Of a DNA stretch of 64,000 nucleotides, positions 11,495-23,143 are shown in pieces. The stretch is taken from the NCBI GenBank assembly GCA_004431415.1, contig QPMI01000631.1, positions 1 through 64,000 of the forward strand. Direction: 5' to 3'. The stretch's first letter is position 1. Every line of letters starts with the position of its first letter. The stretch comes from Cyanophora paradoxa CCMP329 (Eukaryota > Plantae > Glaucophyta). Below the pieces are notes generated by a model. It was not told the origin of the DNA. It saw only the letters and a program-made list of their open reading frames with translations, and did not search any database. A program made the position numbers and the translations under genes.

Positions 11495-11866
11495 AAGTTG
11501 ACTAAGTTGACTAAGTTGAGTCATCTTAAGAAATTCAAGAAGACTAAGAGTTCAAAATGTTTATGAAAAGTGAGTCAACTTAGACCACTTATGGTAACAA
11601 AGTTAAATATTTAATTGATTTAATCGGAAAAGAACATGATTTAATCGAATTTATTGATATAATTCCGATTAGATTCATTTAGGATTCAATTAAGATTAAT
11701 CGAAGTTATAGATATAATTCCGATTAACTACAATTAAGATACAATATCGATTAATCGAGTTTATCGATATAACATCGATTAAATTAATTGAAAATGCATT
11801 TAAAAATATGAAAATTCATGTGAAAATTCAAATAAATTAATCGATTTTATTGATATAACATCGAAT
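11495..11866. repeat. Subterminal 9-bp iterons (AAGTTGACT x3) and four ~32-bp imperfect palindromes
   Basis: AAGTTGACT AAGTTGACT AAGTTGAGT at 11495. TTAATCGA-n-TTAT-n-GATATAA-nnn-CGATTA units at ~11641, 11696, 11751 and 11837. Confidence 0.85.
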
Positions 11867-11941
11867 CACACATATGAATATTCATATTTTAATCCTGAGG
11901 CGGAACGCCGAGGGATTAAAATATGAATATTCATATGTGTG
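11867..11941. repeat. Perfect terminal hairpin (29-bp arms, 17-nt loop) at the element/host junction
   Basis: 11867-11895 is the exact reverse complement of 11913-11941. The loop contains GGCG-GAA-CGCC, and each arm holds the 16-bp palindrome ATATGAATATTCATAT. Confidence 0.95.
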
Positions 11942-12952
11942 CGGCGGCGGCCGCAGCCGCCGGGCAGCGGAACCGCACTGTGACTCTCCTGGACGGCCTC
12001 ATGACGGCGCTCCGCTCGGCGGAAGAGGTTCTGGCCGCCGCCGCCGCGGCCGCGGTGCCGCCGCCCGCGGCGGCCAACGCGTCAGCATCTGCGCTCCGCG
12101 CAATCGCGGCGGGCCGCATGACCCCTGGCCTCTTCTTCCTCCTTGCCAACTCGTGCGAAATCGAACCCCTTAGGCCTTCAATAATTAATTTCTGCCTCCC
12201 TCCTACATCCTTCGGCTCCTCTGAAGCGCCCCGGCCCAGGATCATGGCGCTTCCCGGCGGCAACTCGGCCGTGGCTGCCAGTTTCACCGCCAGCGCAGTC
12301 CGCACTCTGGCTCTGCCCTTGTCCCCGCGCGCCTCAGATTGCAAGCTGGGCCGCCTGCAGATTCGCCGGCTGGACACCACACGCCGAACCTCCCTTATCC
12401 TCTTCTGCGCCGCCGCCGGCCTCGCCGTCTTCCTCATGCATGCCCGCCCGCCCCGCGGGGCGGCGCTCGGGCCGGCGCCCGCTCGCCCCGCCCTCACCGG
12501 GCGCCCAGATTTGGGGTGATGCTGCCCGTGCTCTGGTACGTGAGGCGGACCCGCGACCGCCTTCTCCGAGTTTTCCTGCAGGCTCGCGCGGCCCGTCCCC
12601 GCCCCTGCCGCCTCGAGTTGAAGACCCGGCTCAGATCCCGCGGAGCACGGCCCGCGAAATTCGAGCGGAAATCCTCGCCCCCCTTTTTCCCAAGCGCGAG
12701 CCGGGCCCCGAGCTCGAGGAGGCGGAACCAGATGCCGCAGGCAGAGAGGCGCAGGCGCAGGCGGGCGGTGTCAATGCGCACGCTAACGGGTCGGCCCCAC
12801 CCAACCTGCGATCGGACGAAGCGGCGGCGTCGTCATCGTCGGAGCGGGAGGGCGGGTCCGAGGGGGACGGGTCGGAGGAGGGGGAGGCCCCCGCGCTCGG
12901 GTCCGAGGCGCCGAGCGGCGATCGCGAGGACGAGGTGCGCCGCGCCGTCTGA
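11942..12952 (+). pseudogene. 3' part of a host gene apparently interrupted by the element
   Basis: An Ala-rich open frame runs right up to the junction with no host start codon. Host-type introns (e.g. GTGCGA ~12152..CCAG ~12239), a hydrophobic segment SLILFCAAAGLAVFL, and an acidic tail ending at TGA 12950-12952. Confidence 0.5.
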
Positions 12953-13186
12953 AAATTTCGGGATTGCGATGGAATTTCGAAGCTCGCCGATAAAGCCTGC
13001 TCGCTGCTCGCCTCTGCACGGCTTCCGCACCTCACTCCCCTGTGCGCCCCACACAGGCCGAGGAGGCGGAGGCGGCAATGGTCGACTACGCCCGCCTCGA
13101 GGCGCGCCTTGCTTTTATGAAAAATGATCAAGTCTTATAAGACATCATAAGAGTTTTGCGCCTCGCTCGGCTTATAGTTACGCTTA

Positions 13187-16100
13187 TGTTTAGCCTCGCG
13201 ATCGCTCATGGGGCGCAGATGGAGGGCGGGAGGGCCCGCGTCTTCGGTCCGCCACGCTCGCGCACCGCCACGTCTTCGGTCCGTCGCTCAGCTGCGCCGC
13301 CCGCCCGCCCGCAGGCCCTCTGGCGGGCCTCTTCCTCCGCTTCTGCCTCGTCGTGCTTCTGGCCCTCGGCCTCGTCGCCGCGTCCTTCGCCGTCGTTGTG
13401 GCGGCCACCCGCGCCGCGCAGCGCCGCAACCTCGTCTCCGCCGCTGTCCGGCCCCGCGCCCCTCCGGATCCGCCTGTTCCCTGGCTATGACCCGCCGCCT
13501 CGGCCGCGGGCGCTCACTCAAATGTCGCCGCAGGCGACAGCGACACAGTACGGCGCCGCGGCACTCGCGGCGCTGTCGGTCGAGCTCGCCGTCGCCCAGA
13601 CGCCCATCGGCGCGCCCTTCTGGCGCGGCGGCTTCAGGCAGGTCCAGGCTTTGATGGGGCGGATTGCGCAGGCGTTCCTCGCGAACGTGCGCCGCAAGGC
13701 CGCTGCGCTTGCGGCGATCCCCCCGCCGCCCATGGCCACCGACGCCGCGTGCAGGGCACCAATGCGATCCTCTTTGGCGGTTCCGTCCTGACACTCCCGG
13801 GGACCATCGGTGAGCTCGAGGGCCGCTCTAGATTCGAGGGCCGTGACTAGATTTTAGATGCGCTAGGCACTTCACCTCTCTCCTAATCGTGACGCTCCCT
13901 TCCAACAGACACCGGTGTCAACGGCATCGACAGTCACCTCTACTACGACGTGTCGGCTGCCGTCGACGCCACCCGCCGCTTCGCCGTCGCCCGTGCGCGG
14001 GCCGGGCGGGCCTGCGCATGAGCCCCCTCCGGTGCTGGCGCCAATCGCGAGCCGCCGCAGTGGCGGCGCAGGCACACGAGAAGACGGACCAGGCGATCGC
14101 GGCGCTCTCGCTCTGCTTCGTGATCGCCGTCCCGCTCCTCGTCTGCCTCTACGCCGCCTCCCTCGCCCCCTCCATTCACGTGCATGCGGCCCCACCCCGC
14201 GGCCATCGCTCACATTGAGCCGAGTATCGAGCCGTGTCCGGATCCGCAGCGGGTCAAGAGCGAGTTCCTGGGCGATGCGAGCATGCTTCTCTACATTCCC
14301 GCCGAGGCCCGGGAATTATATATGGAATTTTGGAAATGTGGTGGAGCTCGAGCCGAGGCCTGAGCGTACGTATACGCGCCCCCGCAGGTCCTCGGGGATC
14401 TGCCGGCGCTGCGGCGGCTCGTGCGGGCGAGCTCGCTGGCGGGGTCGGACCCCCTCGCGGTCCTCGCCTCCACCCGCGAGCGCAACGAAGCCCTCCTGCG
14501 GGCCTCCCTCGGCGCGGCCCCGCTCGCGAACCCTCTCCATCCCGCTCGCCATTTGCAACGCTAACCGACGAGCGCGCGTGCGCAGACCCAACGTTTATCG
14601 TCGACGCGGAGGGCGTCATTCAGGCCCGTCCCGCTGTCGCGCCGCTCTGCTTCGGGGGCCTTTCAGCGCGCCGCAGAAAGCCAACGGGGCGGCGGCTGCG
14701 ATCCTCAACTGCGGTGCCCCCGAGGACCTCGCGGGGTCCCGCCTCGAGGAGTTCTTCCCCTCCCTGCGGCTCGCGCCTCACGGCCGCCGCCTCAGGTGCG
14801 CGGGCCGATGCGAGGCTAGGGCCCTCCGCAGCTGAGGCCGCCGGCGCCCCTCGCAGCGCGGGGTCGATTGAAGAGGTCACCCACAGCGTCCCTGTCCGGA
14901 GCGGAGTCATCGGTGGCAACCCCGAGGCTCGCCCGCGCCCTTCCCCGTCTCTGCATGTTTGTTTGCAATTGGTTCAAGTGCCCGGCAGGAGGACTCGATC
15001 GAAGGGGTGCGGCGGGGCGGCGAGCGCTTCCCCGCGCAGGTCTCCCTCGGCGGGGGCCTCACCGAGAGCACCGACCGCGAACGTGCGCCCTCTAATTCGA
15101 TCCCGAGCCCCGCCTGAAATCGAACCCCGCCCCGCCCCGCCCCGCCGGGCTGCCCGCCTGAGCTCGGCGGCCGTAGGGGAGGAGCCCTTCTTCGTGGTGG
15201 TGGCGAGGGACGTGTCGGCGCTCGTCGCAGAGCAGCGCGCCCTCCGCGCCGCCGTCGTCCGCCCCGCCGCCCTAGGCCCTCGCTCCGCCCCGCTCCGCCA
15301 GATTTGACTCTCTCTGCTCTGCAGGAGCGGGCGGACGCGCTGCTGCGGACGATGGTGCCCGCCGACATCGCGCGCCGCCTCATCGCCGGCGAGCAGCGCA
15401 TCGCCGACGTGCGCCGGCGCCCGCCGCACGGGACGGGACGAATTCGAAGCTTTCTCCGACGGCGCGTGCGCAGCTGCTGGACGACGCCACGCTCGCCTTC
15501 TTCGACATCCCGGCGCGCCGGCGCCCCACGCACTTCGAACTCCTCTCCTCTCTCTGCTGCCCGACCCGGCCTCTCTTCTGACCATTCGAATTCTTTTCCG
15601 GCCTGCCCGCGGCCGCAGGGCTTCGCTGCGCTCTCAGCGGAGATGCCGCCCGCGCAGACGGTCGCCCTCCTCCAGGCCCGCCCCCGCCCCCGCCCCCACC
15701 GCCCCCCGCCCCCGCCGGCCCGCTAAGGCGTTGGGGGCGGGGGCGGGGGCGGCGTGCGTGGGCGCAGTCGGTCTTCCGCGCCTTCGACGCTGTCAACGAT
15801 CGCTTCCGCGTTGAGAAGGCGCGCGCTGGCCCCTAGCCTCCGGGCCGGGCCGCCGGGCCGCCGCCATATGCATCGCCCACCGAGTGCCTCGCTGAATGCC
15901 GCACCCGATCGCTCGCGAGCAGGTGAAGCTTATCGGGGACACGGTACGTAATTATAATCCTTAGGAATTTACTTTCAAGTCCTTACGCACGGCCGGCGCG
16001 CGCCCCCAACGCGGTGCCCCCCGGCCCGGCCCGGCCCGCAGGCGTTCTACATCACGCGGGAGCCACCGGAGCAGATGGTCGAGTTCTGCCTCGCTGTCTT

Positions 16101-17445
16101 CGCGGCCATGCGGGTCCGTTGTATTAGAAGTAGTGCGGGTTGTTATACTAGAGCTATTACTAGAAGTGGGTTTAATCGTTGAATATCGATAGGAAACCAT
16201 TAAGTTCGCGTTGAGCTCACCTCGCCCTCTGCCTCGCCGTCTAGATCTTCGCGACCATGCGGGTCTGTTACATATCTGTTAGCTCTAGAAATTTGTGTAA
16301 TCGTTTGATAGGAAACTTTTATTAAAAAAATATTGAGTTCACGTTGAGCTCACGGCATTCGACCTGGCCCGGCATATGCAGGAGGTCTCCTCGGTGGCGG
16401 GTGTCGATCTCAAGCTCCGGTCCGCCCCGCACGGGCCGCGCCTCGCCCGCTCGGGCTCTGCCCCCGCCCTCGAGCTCGCGGATCGCGCTCTGACGCTCTC
16501 GAGCTCGCTCTCGCTCTCGCTCGCAGCGCCGGACTCAACACGGGGTCCGCGCGCCCATTCGCGCCCCCGGCTCCCTCCCACCGTCTGACAGCCGCCGCCG
16601 CCGCCCCGCAGCTCGGTGGTTGCAGGCGCGCAGGCCCGGTGGCCCGGGACGACGCGGGGGGGCGCTTCCGCCCTTCGAATTCACTGACGCCCGCGGCGCG
16701 CGCGCGCGGGGGCCGCAGGGGTGATCGCGACGAGGAAGATCGCGTGGGACGTCTACGGCGACAGCGTCAACCTTGCCTCCCGGTGCCGCCGGCGCCCGCT
16801 ATAGAAGAAATCAACGAATTCGAAGCTAAACGGGGGCTTTAAAAGACATTCGCTCTTTTCTGAAGACATGTGGTGCCGCCAGCGCCGCCGGCTCGCCCCG
16901 CGCGCCCCTCGCGCCCCTCGGCCCCACGCCCCGGCCCGCCGCGCAGGATGGAGAGCACGGGGGTGCCCGGCCGCATCCAGGTCTCGTCCGCCACCTACGG
17001 TCCGCCGCTGTATATTTATCCCCGCTTTAAGATTTCTATAGCTAAGAACAGCTAATAAGCCATTAAAGAGATTAATTCGACGTGGTTCGGCTTCCTTTTG
17101 GTCGCCTCCGCCACCAATATATAGCTATCGTCCCCGGCCCGCACCTCCTCGAATTCAAAATAAATTTAAAGGTGGTCCGCGCAGAGCGGGTGCGGGACAT
17201 GTACGAAATGGAACCCCGCCAAGTGGAGGCCAAGGGCAAAGGGAGAATCCAGGCTCGCGTTCCCCGTGGAGGCGGCGCGGCGCGGGGCTCACAAGACGCG
17301 CGGCGCGTATCCTGCGCAGGCGTACCTCGTGGGGAGGCGAAGGGTGCGGGAGGCGGAGCGCGACCCCCTCTCTGCGCCCGCCTGCCCCCCGGCCCCGAGC
17401 GCGCGCTCAGCCGCGGGGCCTGCAGCTGAAGCGCCCGAAGAGTGA
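13187..17445 (+). CDS. Two-TM sensor + PAS + class III adenylyl cyclase (multi-intron)
   Basis: TM helices RFCLVVLLALGLVAASFAVVV and IAALSLCFVIAVPLLVCLY; PAS-like PTFIVDAEGVIQ..FFVVVARDV. Cyclase: [58 protein letters not shown], KGKG. Lys/Asp specificity pair indicates ATP. Start is approximate. Confidence 0.88.
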
Positions 17446-17990
17446 TTTGAATTCCCGGGAGTCCGCTGCTGTTTCACGATGAGCCTTGTAATATATAGAG
17501 CTTTCAACGCTGGGGCTTCGAACCCCGCTCGTAACTTATAAGCCGCCCCCGTTTTGAGTCTTGGGAGTGCCCACGCCCCATTATCGACGGCCTGACGTCG
17601 GACGGGCCGTCTCACTGAGTCAGGCACGTCTGTCACACTGTGCGACATGTACTCTGATGTACAGGCCTAGCTATAGGCACTCCTTCGGTGTAGCTGCGCA
17701 TGCCACTATCATAGTATAGCTAGCTGGCCCAACTTGGCAAGAAGACCTGAAGACGCGTCAGTGGCGGCGTCACCTGTGACGGCCCTGACGGGTCGCTTGC
17801 AATTGCACTTGATGCATGCGCACCGATCGCGATCGACGCTCTTGCCAATTTATATTAAAAAAACACCCGGTACCGGTACAGGTACATTGGCGCTGGGGTA
17901 CAGACGCACAGTCTTGAAGCCGCATCGCCGCAGCGCCAGCTGCACCCCCTTTCGATGCCGATCCAGCTTCCTCACAACTAGCGCTAGGGA

Positions 17991-20900
17991 ATGGATGCGC
18001 TGCTGTCGTCGACGCCGGAGCAAGCGGCGCTCGCCGAACTCGTCGCCGAGTGGGAGCGCTTCCGGGCCGGCGGTGTAGCTCCCAGCAAGAAAGCCTACGC
18101 ACTGTGCATCAGCCCCGGCGTCACGGCCCTCCTGGGCGCAGCCGCCGCGGAGCACGACGGCGCCAACGAGCGCGTCTTGCAGGGGGCGGAGGCGGAGCTG
18201 CTCCTCTCGCGTGGGCTCCTGGACTGGTCCTTCGTGCGGCGCGCTCTGGGGTCGGCAGCCGCGGCGCCGCCGCCAGCCGACATCGAGGACGTCGCCGCGC
18301 GGGAGGCGGAGGCCGCCGCCTTTCGGCACGCCGCCCGCAGCGTCGCATGTGCGCCCCACGATCTCGGCCCGCGATCTGCGCACCGCTCACTCACCCGGCC
18401 CGCCGCCGCGGCGACCGCGCGCGCTCAGCGGCCGCCCGGCACGCGCACGACTTCCTCGCCGATGTGGACGCCGGCCGCCTGCGCGAGCTCTACGGGCCGC
18501 AGCTGGAGGCGCTGGGCGACCGCCGGGCGACCGTCGAGCTCCTCTACAGCGCGCACCGCTCGGGGCAGCACGCTCTCGCCTTCCCTGGCCTAGTGCGCCC
18601 TCCCTTCCGGCCGGCCCCGGCCGCGGCTTCGGCGTGCGCTTTCGGGCGCGCCGCGCCGCGCCTCACGCGAGCCGCGCGCGCAGGTCGCGCTGCTGGAGCG
18701 CGTCCTGTCCGACCTGTACTACCGGGACCAGCCTGGGAGCGCGCCCCCGCACCTCCTCAAGGCGAGCGAGCGCCAGACCAGCCCCTCCCCGCCCTCCGCG
18801 CGGGCTCGAATCCCGCGCAGGAGCTTCTCGTCAGCGAGTGCGCGCGGGCGGCCCTGGGAGAGGACGCGATCTTTGCGCTCCGATGCTTCGTGGGGCCCCC
18901 CACCGGCCTCAACCTGAGGCGCGCCGCGCCCCGTACCCCCCGTGCCCTCCGGATCCATACCCCCCTCCCCCTGACCCGGCTACGCGCGCAGGAACATCGT
19001 ATGGTGCGCAGTTCTCGGCGCGCGCATCCTTCGAGCGCGCGTACCCCCCGACACGCCGACATCCGCGTACCCGGCAGGCACGGCTTCCTCTCCTCCTCGG
19101 AGCTCGACGCGACCTTCTCGTGCGGTCCTGTCCCTTCCGTACCCCCCCCCCGCTCATCGCGTACCCAGGTCCCTCCTTTTCGTCGTGTTCTTCACAGTCA
19201 TCTCCGCCGTCTCCGCCGGGCCCCGTGGGCCCCGCCCCGCCTTCGCACGTACCCCCGCTTCCTTCGAACCCCACGCCGCCGCCCTCCGGCGCGAGGGACT
19301 ACCCCCCCTTCCGCTCCCCTCCCCCACCCGCCTCCGCCGCCTCGTCTCGAACTCCCTTTTCGTCCTGGGGGGTAGGGAATCCGACCTCCTGGCCGCTCTC
19401 GAGGTTCGAGCGCCCGTATCCCCTTGTTCCATCGTACCCCCGTTCATCGCCCCCTCCGCTCCTCCAGGACTTCCGAGCGGGGCGATCCCTGCAGAGCATC
19501 GTTCGCCTCCTGCCGCTCTTGGAGATGTGCCTGCGGTGCATTGTACCCCTCCCCCGCCACTCTTGTTCCCCCTCCCCTTCAAATGACCGATGCGGGGGTG
19601 TGGCAGCCGCATCTTCGTCGCAGAGAACGGTCTTCCCCTCGGGGCGATGTGGGCCGAATCTTGCGCCCTCTGTGCGTCCGCCTCCCCCCCTCCACACCTG
19701 TACCCCGTGGGGTTTCCGAAGCGGGGTACGCTTCCAGACACGACGCTGGACGATGTGCTGGGGGCCGGCGTGTGCTTCACAGAGGCTGGCGAGCGCAACG
19801 GGGCCCGTCGGTGGGTGTACCCCTGGAGTCCTCCCCCTGCCCCCCCACCCCCCCCCCCCCTCTCCTGGAACTGGGCGCTGCGGCCGTGTTTGATGTTCGA
19901 CTCGCCGCAGCGCGGGCGGCGGGGGCCCCTTCGCGGGTCCTCGGACAGGGGGGCGGCCCAACCTGCTCCGCCCCGCCATCGGCGCGCCGCTCGCGCCTGT
20001 ACCCCCACCCCGTGGTCGCCGCTGACCTTGTACCCCTCAGGCGAGGGTCTGGTCTGGGCCCTGTACGACGCTGTTCTGGCCTACGACGGACCCCGGCTGA
20101 GGCGCGCCGCGGGCCCTCTGGAGGCGCACGCACGAACCGAAATCTGATACCCCTGCAGGGACCGTGTAGCCCACGGGGAGACCGTTGAGGGCGGCGTACC
20201 CCCCGAGGCGTGCCAGTACCCCTGAATCTCTTCCCACTCTTCTCTGAGCGGCAGTGCAGGTCTCCGAGCTTCTGGTGGGGGCTACCGTTGCGCTCTGCGC
20301 CCGCTTCGAGCCGCCTGCTGCCGGGGAGGGGTGCGAGGAACCCGAGCTCGAGTCGATTGCCGCGCACTTTCGGGGGTACCGCTCCGCGTTCCACCCGCTC
20401 AGCATCCTCCGGAGGGCCATCGAGGCGAGCCGTGTACCCCCCTCCACTCCTCCTGCCCCCCCCCCCCTCTTACTTTTTCGCCGCAGGACGCGGAGGAAGA
20501 GGCGGGGCGCCTGGGGGCGGAGGTGGGGGCGGCCCTCGCGGCGCGGCCCGTCCGCCACTCCTGCCGCCTCCTGGACGTGCGCTACCCCCCCCCCCCCCCC
20601 CCCCCCGGCGGCTCACCTGAGGGCGGACCAGGCGGACCAGGCCGAGTACTTCGAGCTGGCGGCGGACGGCTCCGACGTCCTGTGCGCTCAGATCAGATCA
20701 GATTCGATCTGATCTGGTTTGATCTGAGTCGGCCCTCGCGGTCCGGCCCGGCAGGCCGGCGGCGGGCGCGAAGGCGGGGCCGACCCTCTCGGAGCTCGCG
20801 GCGCGCGCGGCGGAGCTCTGCGCTTCGCTTCGGGCCTCAGGCGGCCCCTTTGGCGTGCGTCGGGTCGGGTCGGGTCGGGACCCGTCCGCTCTGCTCTGAT

Positions 20901-21784
20901 GCGGGTCGCGGCCGCGGCGCCGGCAGGTGGAGGCGCGGGAGTGCTCGGCGGAGGAGCACGCGGCGATCGCGTGGATGCTCAAGGTCCGCCTTCCCTTAGC
21001 CCCGCTGGGCTGGGCTGTAGTCAGCGGCCCCGCTGCGTCTGCCTATGCCAAGCCGGCGCCGCGGCAGGCGGCGGAGGAGCTGTCGGGCCTCGTCCGCGTC
21101 CTCCGCGACCGCGTCGCCGAGGCGATGCCCCTCGCCCTCGCCAGGTCGGGTTGGCCGCCCCCCGCTTAGCCCAACCTTGGCGGGTCCCACCAAAGCGAAT
21201 ATGAGCCCAACCTTGGCATTTAAGTTAGCTCAGAGGCGATGCCCCTCGCCCTCGCCAGGTCGGCTCGCCCCGGCCGGGCCGGGCCGCCCCCCGCTTAGCT
21301 AGCGGGGCCACTGACTGTGGCTTTAAATTTAGCCTGGCTAAGCTGAGCTAGCTGTAATATCGCGGGTCCCACCAAAGCTAATATGAGCTCAACCTTGGCA
21401 TTTAAATTAGCTAAGAGGCGATGCCGCCCGCCCTCGCCCTCGCCAGGTCGCCCCCGCCGCCCTCCGATCCTCTTCGAGCTCAGACGAAGTGGCGGAAATC
21501 CGCAGGAAATTGCGGACGCAGCAGAGGAGGAATCTGGACGTGCTCCTCGGGCTGGGCCGGGTCGTGGCGGCGGCGGCCGCCGCCTCTTCGCCGCCGCCGC
21601 CGCCGGCCGGGCCGGACCCCGGCGCGCCAGGCGCGGGCGTGGCGCGGGCGCGGGCGTCGGACTCGCCCGCGCCGCCTGCCTCGCCCTCCGGCGCATGGCG
21701 GGCCCGGGGCGCTCGGCCGTGCCGGACGCGCAAGCCGTCCACGTATCCCTCGCAAAGGTACACCCACCGTCCAATCAAATTTAA
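17991..21784 (+). CDS. Hypothetical multi-exon protein
   Basis: Protein-like exons on + (MDALLSSTPEQAALAELVAEWERF, ELLVSECARAALGEDAIFALRCF, GLVWALYDAVLAYDG, ELESIAAHFRGYRSAFHPLSILRR) bounded by GT/GC..CAG introns. No family recognised; could be two genes. Confidence 0.5.
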
Positions 21785-23143
21785 ACGCCAAGATTGGGCT
21801 CATATTAGCTTAAGTGGGACCCGCGTTATTTGCTTTAGTGGGACCTTCCGAGTTTACTGGCGTTTTGTTTTTCGCTTTCCTTTCGAAATTCTGACGCTTT
21901 GTTTTTCACTTTCTGTTCGAATGATAAAGAGCTCATGATCATTATGATTTCTTAATGTACGTGTGTATCATGATCACTGAGCTCGTGATAAAAAAGCGAA
22001 AGCGCTAAAGCTTCAACTTCCGAGTTCACTGACGTTTTGTTGTTCACTTTTCGCTCGAAATTCTGAGCGCTAGCTTGAATAAGCTTAAGCTTGCCCTCGT
22101 CGCCATCGAGCCGCTGAGCGTCCGACGGTCTTCGCTCGGTGCTGCGCAGGTGCACGCCCAGACGAGGGAGAGCGCGTGGGGCGTGGCCGCGTGCCGCGCC
22201 AAGGACGTTCTCTCGCGCTTGCATACGCAACTGGGGCAGCCGACGTCGACCTAGGCTAGGCCTAGGCCTCTTCAAGGCTTGTTTAGCACAAGGTTCACAT
22301 CACTATCATACTATGATAGGATCATCAATATTTTGTAAATCGTGATCATTCCAGAACGGTGACTAGCTACCGACGAGCCTACCGTAGACTGGTCCGTAGT
22401 ACGGTCGGACCGGCGGTCACCGGCCGCGGGTCGGTACCTAGTAGCTACGCCGCCGTAACGCCGGCGCCGGATCTTTAATTTCGCGATTGCGGAGCGCGAG
22501 CGTGCCACGCGGTGAGCTCGAGGCCGGCGGGTGAGCCGCCGTGAGCGCCGCGTGATCATGACTAGGGCTGGGCCGGTGGCGGCCGGTGGCAGTGGCAACC
22601 TCCCACCGACCGACCGGGTGGAAAATCTGGCCCACCGCCATACAACGCCCGGTACCATACAAATTAAAATTCTAGGGGGGTAGGCTCGCAAAAATGTCAT
22701 ATTCTCGCGCGCGAAAGTTTCATATTCCGTACTCACCCAGCAAAGTGCTGCTTAGTTCATCTTCCTCCGCTCCTGCCTTGCAATCGTGAATGACGTCGGA
22801 GCCCAAGGAAGCTGACGTCGACGCCATCGATATCGATATCCCGTACCCCTTTTGAGCACCAACCACCCCGGCCGGCGCCTCCCCCACAACTGGCTTGAAC
22901 CCGCCCCAAAGCACTCGCTTTAGATAGTAGGCGCGTAGCGCCTTGAAGCTGTGCAGAATTTAGCGTATTTCCTGTCAATTTTCACGCACTGTAGCACGTA
23001 CCCCCACCTCCACCGACCGCCACCGGTGGGTAACAGTCAGCGGGCCCACCGACCCGGTGGGGGAAAACTCGGACTGTGCCCAGCCCTAAGATTCATGACC
23101 GCACTGGTCACCGCAGTCACTGAGTGCCCCATATGGCATATCA

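Larger units (their letters stand above)
1..11941 (+). mobile_element. Right-hand portion of an integrated Maverick/Polinton-like virus or transposon (left end outside window)
   Basis: Intronless AT-rich block with an abrupt switch to very GC-rich host DNA at 11941/11942. Contains pPolB and rve integrase (the Polinton hallmark pair), a primase-SF3 helicase and a GIY-YIG nuclease, all on +, followed by a repeat-rich non-coding terminus. No capsid, packaging ATPase or protease is visible in the window. Confidence 0.92.

Noticed and set aside
10717-11866. CRISPR-like array
   Set aside because: Repeats are degenerate and irregularly spaced, the intervening sequences are not unique spacers, there are no cas genes, and the context is eukaryotic.
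1-11941. Calling the element a virophage (mavirus-like)
   Set aside because: The gene set overlaps, but no capsid, ATPase or protease is in the window and the PolB is Polinton-type.
22311-22980. Possible transposase remnant
   Set aside because: No recognisable DDE, HUH or RT motif in any frame.
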